64,000 bases of DNA from Anaerolineae bacterium (GTDB taxonomy: Bacteria; Chloroflexota; Anaerolineae; Anaerolineales; E44-bin32): the NCBI GenBank assembly GCA_011192015.1, contig DUET01000086.1:18026-82025 (forward strand). Reading direction: 5' to 3'. Of this stretch, positions 34,220-41,913 are shown piece by piece. How positions within the stretch are numbered: position 1 is the first letter of the stretch; every line of letters begins with the position of its first letter. A program made the position numbers and the translations under genes. The notes under the pieces were generated by a model. The model saw only the letters and a list, made by a program, of their open reading frames with translations. It made no database searches and was not told the DNA's origin.

Positions 34220-34903
34220 ATGAGACAACGAATATCCTTGTTCATTTTGATCATCTTAATCAGTTCGTGTTTACCCAGTTGTGCCCATGCAGCGCCTGAA
34301 GAACCCGCTCCAACCGAACCAACCCCAATCTCCCCTATCGCTGTTCTTCCAACCAGTACTCCCACACCTACCCAAACTGAACCACCTGCCAATACGCCAC
34401 AGCCAACGAATCGTGATTCTTCTGTTCCCCTCGTACAGCCTATCGACAGTTTAGAACCAACAAGTACTCACTATGAACCCTCAAGAATCAATCCGGTTCC
34501 CTTTGGGTCAAAAGGTTCTTTAGGCGTACTCGATTTTCTCGTGGTTGATTTAATCCGTCCGGCAACGAACATTGTCATGGATGCTTCCAGTGCGAATCTC
34601 AAACCGGATGAAGGCATGGAATATGTGTTTGTAAGCTTAATAGCAGCCTGTGTCGGTCCCAGGCATTTGGAATGCTGGATAAGGCAAAGTAACATGCGTT
34701 TGATTGGATCTAATGGAATTGAAAGGAGACCAATAAGCATTTCGAATATTCATTACTTATTTCGAAACCGGCACATAGCGGGAGGAGATACGGCACTTGG
34801 GTGGGCTGCATTCATTGTTGATCAAAATGAAGATGATTTAGTTTATTACTATGAAACAGAGTTAGATGGAACTATCTATCTATCAACGGAACCAATCCCA
34901 TAG
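34220..34903 (+). CDS. exported hypothetical protein (possibly DUF4352-like Ig-fold; tentative)
   Basis: The ATG at 34220 gives MRQRISLFILIILISSCLPSC, followed by a Pro/Thr-rich linker and a beta-rich C-terminal domain. The region is visibly AT-richer than its flanks. Confidence 0.6.
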   Translation: MRQRISLFILIILISSCLPSCAHAAPEEPAPTEPTPISPIAVLPTSTPTPTQTEPPANTPQPTNRDSSVPLVQPIDSLEPTSTHYEPSRINPVPFGSKGSLGVLDFLVVDLIRPATNIVMDASSANLKPDEGMEYVFVSLIAACVGPRHLECWIRQSNMRLIGSNGIERRPISISNIHYLFRNRHIAGGDTALGWAAFIVDQNEDDLVYYYETELDGTIYLSTEPIP

Positions 34904-35018
34904 TGTCTATATATCGTTCCCCGGTAATTTCATGGGGTTCGTTCTATCACATCCAAGCAAAGAAATGTCTTGAAAGCAGCTGATCAAACCTCTCCACCGG
35001 CAACGCGGAACCTCGGTC

Positions 35019-35171
35019 CATGGGGGGTATAATACGATCTTGCGCCGGATCTACGGCGTTCAAGCTATCCTCATCAGGAGGCCATGAATGCGTCCCAAGC
35101 TCGAGATCCTCCACGAGGAACTCGTCCATCAGATCATCGACGAAGCCTTCGGCTTACTCCTCGATCCCGGA
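35019..35171 (+). repeat. mttB promoter/leader/5' coding region (copy 2, functional)
   Basis: See copy 1 at 33997-34150. Confidence 0.75.
35028..35033 (+). promoter_or_regulatory. -10 element TATAAT (GGGGTATAAT) of mttB
   Basis: It lies 54 nt upstream of the ATG at 35088, and an AGGAGG RBS sits at about 35076. I recognise no good -35. Confidence 0.35.
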
Positions 35172-36551
35172 GTGAGGGTTCACAATCAAGAAGCGCTGGA
35201 TCTGCTGGCCGCAGCCGGTGCTGATGTCGATCGGGAAGCCCAGATCGCGCACATCCCGGAGAAGATCGCCCGCCGCGCCTTGAAGACAGCGCCCTCCGAG
35301 TTCTATCTCTACAACCTGGATGGCGAACCTGTCGTGCACTACGGAGGCGATGACATCCATTTCGATCCCGGGTCGGCAGCCATCACCATCCTGGATAGCA
35401 AGACTCAGGAGCAGCGCACGGCGGTGACCGCCGATTTCGTCAAGTTTGTCAAGCTGGTCGAAACGCTGCCCCAGATCGATGCCCAAAGCACGGCCATCAT
35501 CTGCGGCGATGTGCCCGAGGAGATCGGCGATCTCTACCGCCTCTACATCGCCTTGAATTTCATGCGGAAACCCATCATCACCGGCGCCTTCCGCAAGGAC
35601 ACCTGGTGGACGATGAAGGACATGCTGGCGGCGGTTGCAGGCGGTGAGGTGGCGCTGGCCGAGAAACCGATCGCCGTCTTTGATGTCTGCCCCTCGCCTC
35701 CGCTACTGTGGAGCGATCTGACCTGCCAGAACATGATCGACTGCGCCCGCGCGGGGATCCCCTCCGAGTTGGTCTCCATGCCGCTTGCCGGAGCGACCTC
35801 TCCGGTGACGCTGGCAGCGGCTGTCGTACAGCACGCCGCAGAGTGCTTGAGCGGCGTGACCATCTGCCAGCTGGCAGAGGAAGGCGCGCCCATCGTCTGG
35901 GGAGGTTCCCCGGCGGCTTTCGACATGCGCCAGGGAACGACGCCGATGGGAGCGGTGGGCACGTGGATGATCGATTGCGCTTACACACAGGTGGGGAAAT
36001 CCCTGAACATGCCCACGCATGCCTATTTGGGCATGACCGATGCCAAGATCGTGGACGCGCAGAGCGGTCTGGAATCCTCCGGCGGGGCCATGCTGGCCGC
36101 GCTGGCCGGAGTGAACATGATCTCCGGCGCAGGCATGATGGATTTCGAGAGCTGCCAGAGCTACGAGAAGCTGGTCATCGACGCCGAAATCATCGGCATG
36201 GCCAAACGGCTGGTCGGCGGTGTCGAGAAACGCGACGATCCCATCGCCCTGACACTCATACGCAAGATGGGCCATCGGGCCGATTACCTGGCCGATCCCC
36301 ACACCCTGCGCTGGTTCAAAGAGGAGTTCTACATCCCCTCGCCTGTGATCGATCGCGGCTCCTACGACGCATGGAAAGGAGCCGGGGCTAAGACGGCATT
36401 CGAACGCGCCACGATGCGCGTGGAAGAGCTGCTCGCTACCTACCAGCCCAGCTCGATCACCAAGGAACTGCGGAACGAATTGAGCGCCATCACCACCAAG
36501 GCGGCACAGACCTTCGGCATGGATGAACTGCCGACGCTTCCGGACGCCTAG
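35088..36551 (+). CDS. MttB-superfamily methyltransferase, non-pyrrolysine type (quaternary amine/glycine betaine-type candidate)
   Basis: 487 aa with full-length MttB-like sequence. The frame is uninterrupted, with no internal TAG. A corrinoid protein gene follows. Confidence 0.88.
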   Translation: MRPKLEILHEELVHQIIDEAFGLLLDPGVRVHNQEALDLLAAAGADVDREAQIAHIPEKIARRALKTAPSEFYLYNLDGEPVVHYGGDDIHFDPGSAAITILDSKTQEQRTAVTADFVKFVKLVETLPQIDAQSTAIICGDVPEEIGDLYRLYIALNFMRKPIITGAFRKDTWWTMKDMLAAVAGGEVALAEKPIAVFDVCPSPPLLWSDLTCQNMIDCARAGIPSELVSMPLAGATSPVTLAAAVVQHAAECLSGVTICQLAEEGAPIVWGGSPAAFDMRQGTTPMGAVGTWMIDCAYTQVGKSLNMPTHAYLGMTDAKIVDAQSGLESSGGAMLAALAGVNMISGAGMMDFESCQSYEKLVIDAEIIGMAKRLVGGVEKRDDPIALTLIRKMGHRADYLADPHTLRWFKEEFYIPSPVIDRGSYDAWKGAGAKTAFERATMRVEELLATYQPSSITKELRNELSAITTKAAQTFGMDELPTLPDA

Positions 36552-36582
36552 AACCCCAAAGCAAGGACCAGGAGTGCATTGC

Positions 36583-37230
36583 ATGTCTGAGGACATACTC
36601 GGAAACATCACCAGCAGCATCATCGAAGGCGATCCGGAGAAGACCGTCGCCCTCACACAAGAAGCGCTTCAAGCCAAGCTCGATCCCATGGCGATCATCA
36701 ACCAGGGCTTGGTTCCCGGCATGGATGTCGTGGGGGAGAAGTTCGCCAGTGGGGAATACTTCCTGCCGAACATCGTCATTGCGGGTTCGGCCATGCAGCA
36801 GGCCATGGCCCTTCTCGAGCCTGAACTCAAGGAAGGCAGACAGACTCTGTCTACACACGGCAAGGTCGTCATCGGCACCGTCCAAGGCGACATCCATGAG
36901 ATCGGTAAATCCCTTGTGGGAACGATGCTCTCCACCAATGGCTTCGAAGTCCACGATTTGGGCGTGGACGTCACTACGGACGCATTCATCGCCAAATTGA
37001 AGGAGACCGGTGCAGAGTTGCTGGGACTCTCCGCCCTGCTCACCACCACGATGACGATTCAACGTGAAGTCATCGAGGCGCTTGACAAGGCCGGCATGCG
37101 GGATCAGGTCAAGGTTCTCGTCGGCGGTGCGCCGGTGCATCAGGAGTGGGCGGATTCGATCGGCGCCGATGGTTATGCTGAGGACGCCATGGCGGCAGTC
37201 TCCCTGGCGAAACGATTGGTGGGCGCCTGA
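36583..37230 (+). CDS. cobalamin-binding corrinoid protein (MtbC/MtgC-like)
   Basis: A B12-binding-2 cap is followed by the B12-binding domain with the DxHxxG motif (GDIHEIGK) and the motifs SALLTTT and GGAP. Confidence 0.88.
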   Translation: MSEDILGNITSSIIEGDPEKTVALTQEALQAKLDPMAIINQGLVPGMDVVGEKFASGEYFLPNIVIAGSAMQQAMALLEPELKEGRQTLSTHGKVVIGTVQGDIHEIGKSLVGTMLSTNGFEVHDLGVDVTTDAFIAKLKETGAELLGLSALLTTTMTIQREVIEALDKAGMRDQVKVLVGGAPVHQEWADSIGADGYAEDAMAAVSLAKRLVGA

Positions 37231-37441
37231 GTTCATCAGCGCCCGGCGAAAGCCTAACCACCCAAATGCAAGGGTTGGATCCATTGCGAAACCAGCCGTG
37301 CTGCTGTAGTTTCGGCGCAGCCGCTCCAGTTTCACACTCAGCTCGTCAGGGGTTTCCGCCTGTTACGGGAGACCCCCTTTGCGTAAAGACCAATCGTCAT
37401 TCATACTAATCTTTACGGAATCGCAAGAGGGAGTGTTCACG

Positions 37442-38380
37442 ATGATTCTCGTAACTGGTGGATCGGGATATGTCGGCAGCCACATTGTGCGGCATCTGCA
37501 TGATGTGGGAAAACCCGTACGGGCGATGGTCTACAATCCCCACCGAGCCGAGTCCGAGGGTCGGCTGGGGGGTCTCAAAATCGAGATCATTCCAGGCGAT
37601 GTCACCCGCCCGGCAACGCTCAAGCCAGCGCTGTACGGCTGCAGCGCCGTCATTCACACCGTGGCCATCGCGGTTGAAAAGGATAACCTCACCTACGAGA
37701 AGATCAATTACCAAGGAACCGTCAATCTGGTTGAAGCTGCGATAAGAAATGGTGTGAAACGCTTCATCAATCTATCCCAGCTCGGCGCAGATCCTTCTCT
37801 GCCCTACCGCTTCCTTGCCTCCAAAGGCAAAGCCCAGGCCCATGTAGCGGCCTCGTCATTGGATTGGACAGCCTTCCGGCCCTCTGTGATCTGGGGACCG
37901 GAAGATGAGTTCGCCAATACGTTTGCGCGCCTGGTGCCGTTCTCTCCACTCATCTTCCCCATCGTGGGCGGCAAGGGAGCCAAGTTCCAGCCCGTCTGGG
38001 TGGAAGATGTGGCCAGCAGTGTTGCCAAGGCCATCGATGATTATGCAACCCTGCGTCAGGAATATGAACTGGGAGGTCCTGAGATTCTGACGCTGGAGGA
38101 GATCGAGCGTCGCACGCTCCAAGCCTTGGGGGCTCGACGGACTTTGATCCGATTCCCCATGCCCTTGTTGAGGTTCGCAGTAGCATTGATGGAGGTTCTG
38201 CTGCCATCCCCTCCCGTGACACGCAGCCTGCTCGAGTTGTTGGCCGTGCGCAACATTACCACCTTCAATTCCATCCACCGATTCGTTCCCTATCCGCGCC
38301 CCTTTACCGCCGAGAACGCAGCCCCCTACATGCGCCGTTTCCGCCTGAGGGACACCCTGCGGCAATACTTCAAAGCATGA
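37442..38380 (+). CDS. NAD(P)H-binding SDR-family protein (NDUFA9/NmrA-like)
   Basis: GAGGGAG RBS. The N-terminus is MILVTGGSGYVGSHIV and the product has an atypical-SDR length. Confidence 0.8.
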   Translation: MILVTGGSGYVGSHIVRHLHDVGKPVRAMVYNPHRAESEGRLGGLKIEIIPGDVTRPATLKPALYGCSAVIHTVAIAVEKDNLTYEKINYQGTVNLVEAAIRNGVKRFINLSQLGADPSLPYRFLASKGKAQAHVAASSLDWTAFRPSVIWGPEDEFANTFARLVPFSPLIFPIVGGKGAKFQPVWVEDVASSVAKAIDDYATLRQEYELGGPEILTLEEIERRTLQALGARRTLIRFPMPLLRFAVALMEVLLPSPPVTRSLLELLAVRNITTFNSIHRFVPYPRPFTAENAAPYMRRFRLRDTLRQYFKA

Positions 38381-38495
38381 TCGTCGGGATTGCATGTCCT
38401 CTCACGGAGCGCGATGGTCAATCTCAGCGCGCGGCGAAGATCCATCCGATCGCGCATTGGTATCTCTCAAGTAACCTGGAATAGGACGGACAAAC

Positions 38496-39452
38496 ATGTC
38501 GGATCTACCTTTCTCGAACGCCGTTCAGCTTGGCAACACCGATCTCCAGATCAGTCCAATGGGACTGGGTACCTGGCAATGGGGGGATCGTTTTATCTGG
38601 GGGTATGGAAGAGGGTATGACGAAGATGACACCAAGGCTGCCTTTGAAAGGTCCCTGGCTGCTGGGATCGACTTCTTAGACAGCGCTGAAGTGTATGGCT
38701 TGGGCCGCTCCGAGAGGCTGCTCGGCCGTTATATGCGCACCGCATCCATCCCTGTGATCGCTGCGACGAAATTCTTCCCCTTCCCCTGGCGTCTTCATCG
38801 CAGGAGTCTCCGTGCCGCGCTTCGCAGAAGCCTTACGCGCATGGATCTGGAGTGTGTGGATCTGTATCAGATGCACATGCCCTTTCCACCCGTGCCCATC
38901 GAAACCTGGATGCTGGCGATGGCAGAATGTGTACATGCAGGAAGGGTCCGGGCGGTGGGTGTTTCCAATTATGGCGCGCAGCAAGTCCTGCGCGCGCACA
39001 GAGCCCTGGCCGAACAAGGCGTGCCATTGGCTTCCAACCAGATCCGCTACAGCATGCTGGATCGGGAACCGGAACACAATCAACAAATCGAAACGTGCCG
39101 GAAGTTGGGCGTAACGGTCATCGCCTACAGCCCGTTGGCTCAGGGCTTGCTAACCGGCAAGTACACACCCGAGAATCCACCCCCAGGTGCACGAGGACGG
39201 CAGTATTCACGCGGACTTTTGGAGAGGATTCGCCCTCTGCTCTCCCTGATGCGTGAGATCGGCGAAGGTCTTGGTGGGAAATCTCCTTCGCAGGTAGCCC
39301 TGAATTGGACCATGTGTAAGGGAACCGTGCCCATCCCAGGCGCAAAGAACGCCAGGCAAGCCGAGGAGAACGCCGGAGCTCTGGGGTGGAAACTGGATGC
39401 GGAGGCCGTGAAGGCGCTGGATGCTGCCAGCGCAGCTATCCGTCTTGTGTAA
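38496..39452 (+). CDS. aldo/keto reductase
   Basis: AKR motifs are present (GLGTWQWG, FLDSAEVYG, AVGVSNY, QIRYSMLDR, IPGAKN). Confidence 0.9.
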   Translation: MSDLPFSNAVQLGNTDLQISPMGLGTWQWGDRFIWGYGRGYDEDDTKAAFERSLAAGIDFLDSAEVYGLGRSERLLGRYMRTASIPVIAATKFFPFPWRLHRRSLRAALRRSLTRMDLECVDLYQMHMPFPPVPIETWMLAMAECVHAGRVRAVGVSNYGAQQVLRAHRALAEQGVPLASNQIRYSMLDREPEHNQQIETCRKLGVTVIAYSPLAQGLLTGKYTPENPPPGARGRQYSRGLLERIRPLLSLMREIGEGLGGKSPSQVALNWTMCKGTVPIPGAKNARQAEENAGALGWKLDAEAVKALDAASAAIRLV

Positions 39453-39476
39453 AGAACGATGCAAGGAAATTCAAGC

Positions 39477-40445
39477 ATGAAGAGGAAGCCCATGATCGTG
39501 CTCATTACGATTGCCTGCTTGCTCCTGCTTTGCCTCGTTGGTCCGCTCCTGATTCCTATACCCGCGCTCAAGGATACAGTGCCGCCCAGGGAGCTCGCCG
39601 ACGCAGACAGTCGTTTCATCGAGATCGATGGGATCGAGTTCCACTACAAGATCAGTTTTCAGGGGGAGCCGGCCATCGTACTCCTGCACGGTTTCGTTTC
39701 CAGCGTATTCACCTGGCGAGAGGTGATGGGCCCACTGAGTGCTTACGGCACCATAATCGCCTTCGATCGCCCTGGATTCGGATTGACCGAACGCCCCCTT
39801 CCGGATCAGTGGGAGGGTGGAAATCCTTACAGGGCTGAAGCGCATGCCGATCAAACCATTGCCCTGATCAAAGCCCTTGGTTTCCAGGACGCCGTGCTGA
39901 TCGGCAACTCAGCGGGGGGATCGGTGGCCCTCGACGCAGCATGTCGCCACCCGGAGGCGGTGCGTGCCCTCGTGCTTGTAGATGCGGCGGTCTATTTTCA
40001 ACCCGGTCCACCAGCCTGGTTGATTCCTCTGCTGAGTTCACCGCAAGGGCGCAGGTTGGGCATCCTCCTGGCGCGTACCATCGCAAAGTATGGCAAGCCT
40101 CTCCTCGACTTGGCCCTGCACGATTCTTCTCAAATGGCTTCCGAGATGTGGGAAGGTTATACGAAACCGACGCATGCCAAGGATTGGGACACCACCTTCT
40201 GGGAGTTGTTCATCACGACCGATCCTCCCAACCTCGTGGATTGTTTGCCACATGTTTCCATTCCAGTGCTGGTGATGAGTGGAGATGATGACAAAGTCGT
40301 ACCCTTGAAGCAGAGCATTCGCGTTGCAGATGAACTTCCCAACGCCACGCTGGTGATCATCGAGCAATGCGGTCACCTTCCCCAGGAGGAGTGTTCCGAC
40401 GCCTTTCTGGACGCGGTAACGACCTTCCTGCAAGGACTTCCCTGA
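39477..40445 (+). CDS. alpha/beta hydrolase with N-terminal membrane anchor
   Basis: Contains the HG oxyanion motif (LLHGF), the nucleophile elbow GNSAGG, and a C-terminal GH. An N-terminal TM segment is present. The start could be 39459 or 39477. Confidence 0.85.
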   Translation: MKRKPMIVLITIACLLLLCLVGPLLIPIPALKDTVPPRELADADSRFIEIDGIEFHYKISFQGEPAIVLLHGFVSSVFTWREVMGPLSAYGTIIAFDRPGFGLTERPLPDQWEGGNPYRAEAHADQTIALIKALGFQDAVLIGNSAGGSVALDAACRHPEAVRALVLVDAAVYFQPGPPAWLIPLLSSPQGRRLGILLARTIAKYGKPLLDLALHDSSQMASEMWEGYTKPTHAKDWDTTFWELFITTDPPNLVDCLPHVSIPVLVMSGDDDKVVPLKQSIRVADELPNATLVIIEQCGHLPQEECSDAFLDAVTTFLQGLP

Positions 40446-40506
40446 ACATCAGAGCGAATTAAATCCACGCGCGTACCCGGTCCACCCCCCCCTTTTTTGA
40501 AAGGTA

Positions 40507-40564
40507 TTTGTAAGGTGGAGGTAGGATTTTGTAAGGTTTGAGTGAGGTGATTCGTATATATAAT
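40507..40564 (+). promoter_or_regulatory. direct repeats TTTGTAAGGT (x2, 21 nt apart) plus TATATAAT -10-like element
   Basis: The repeats lie at 40507-40516 and 40528-40537, and TATATAAT lies at 40557-40564. All sit in an AT-rich spacer upstream of the CheY-like gene. Confidence 0.35.
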
Positions 40565-40599
40565 CAAATTGAGGGACCAGAAGTGTGAGGCCATTATCG

Positions 40600-41016
40600 A
40601 TGCCAGAGACAGCAGCTACACCTTCCATCAAGCTCTCTGATCCCGTTCCCAAGTGTATTCTCGTTGTGGATGACGAACCAGCCTTTTGCGCAGTGGTTTG
40701 CGAAATCCTTCGCCTCTATGGATTCACTGCCCATGCTGCCAAAGACGCGATGCAAGCATTGGAAATGTTGGACGAAATTCATCCCGACATCATCCTGGCC
40801 GACGTGATGATGCCGGAGATCGATGGGCTTTCCCTCCTTCGGAAGCTGCGCTCCCAAAAAGCCTGGAAGAGCATCCCCACTATCGTGATCAGCGCCAAAT
40901 GCGAACCCGATGATTTCTCAGCAGCCTTCAGCGCAGGAGCCAATGCTTGCCTTTCCAAACCATTCTCGGCAAGCGAACTGCGCGAGACCGTCGAACGCCT
41001 CGTTTACGCCACCTAG
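40600..41016 (+). CDS. single-domain CheY-like response regulator (canonical receiver)
   Basis: All receiver signature residues are present: VVDDE, ILADVMMPEIDG, VISAK and LSKPF. Confidence 0.85.
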   Translation: MPETAATPSIKLSDPVPKCILVVDDEPAFCAVVCEILRLYGFTAHAAKDAMQALEMLDEIHPDIILADVMMPEIDGLSLLRKLRSQKAWKSIPTIVISAKCEPDDFSAAFSAGANACLSKPFSASELRETVERLVYAT

Positions 41017-41334
41017 CCTCCTGTGATTTCGTAAAACTCAAACCGCATACCCATTGTGGCAGGAAACTGCTGCATGGATTCCGGATGCATCCTTTCGTGG
41101 AGATAGGATCCTTGACGAAGATGCCTCGATGCGCAGCGGGCTTCCTTGCAACGCTCATGCCTATGATGACGTGGGAGAGAAGAAGATCAGAGGAATCCCA
41201 TGTGCGATGTGTGGCACGCAAGGATGGACCCGGGGCATCGAGGGAACTGCGCTCGCCGGTAGGGTTTCCTCATGACGGCGGTGTACGGCAGGGTCATCTA
41301 CTTCCAGGGGATTGACGAAAGTAACCTTGCCAAT

Positions 41335-41362
41335 CAAAAAAGGCCGTCCTGACAGGACGACC
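41335..41362 (-). terminator. rho-independent terminator of the receiver gene
   Basis: On the minus strand the hairpin GGTCGTCC-TGTCA-GGACGGCC is followed by TTTTTTG. Its core is CCTGACAGG. Confidence 0.55.
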
Positions 41363-41395
41363 TGATTCGTTCGGCTTCGTGCGGCTGAGGTTTGT

Positions 41396-41767
41396 TCAAT
41401 CCTCAACCAGGCTTGAGATGGAGCGAATGAGTTCCTCCGAATCGATGTCCTTCAGCAGATATGCAATGGCTCCCGCGCGATGGGCGGCTTTCCGTTCCCA
41501 GGAGGAGGGGTAGGACGTGAGAACGGCAACCCGAGGTTCGTGCGGAAGCATGGACAGCTGGCGCAGAAGCTCCAATCCCATCCCATCGCTTCGCTTCACC
41601 TCAACGAGAACGACATCCGGCTTCGATTCCCGATTGATGCTCATAACCTCATCAGCATCTCCAGAATGCCCGATGACGCGCAAATTGGAAGCCCGGGCCA
41701 GTCGTTCGGCCAGGGCGAGCCGCACCTCGGCATGTTCATCGACAATATAGACACGCGCCGTGTCCAT
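41396..41767 (-). CDS. receiver-only response regulator with Glu at the phospho-acceptor position (atypical/pseudo-receiver)
   Basis: A GGAG RBS lies 6 nt before the ATG at 41767. It has the NarL-type receiver layout (YIVDEH, VAVLTSY, YLLKD), but the DVVLVEVK segment aligns Glu where the phospho-acceptor Asp is expected. There is no output domain. Confidence 0.72.
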   Translation of the reverse strand: MDTARVYIVDEHAEVRLALAERLARASNLRVIGHSGDADEVMSINRESKPDVVLVEVKRSDGMGLELLRQLSMLPHEPRVAVLTSYPSSWERKAAHRAGAIAYLLKDIDSEELIRSISSLVED

Positions 41768-41913
41768 GTTTCGCTCCACACTCATCGCACGCGAACCAAG
41801 TATAGGCCGCTGATCCATCATGATCCAGTGATCTACTTCCCGACTGCATTCGCGGACTGTCACGCGGGGAATGGGTTTGGATACCCGTGGATTGGAAAGA
41901 GGAAGGTGGGATT

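Noticed and set aside
35088-36551. Possibility of a pyrrolysine (in-frame TAG) mttB gene.
   Set aside because: The ORF is continuous from ATG to stop with no internal TAG, and no pyl genes are in the window.
41017-41334. A 320-bp gene-free stretch between the convergent CheY-like gene and receiver gene, examined for an sRNA or riboswitch. It contains the palindrome GGATGCATCC and several short ORFs (40947-41315 and 41054-41275 on the plus strand, 40928-41221 on the minus strand).
   Set aside because: I could recognise no conserved RNA-family structure by eye, no promoter-terminator pair delimiting a discrete transcript, and no coding features in the ORFs. I left it unannotated.
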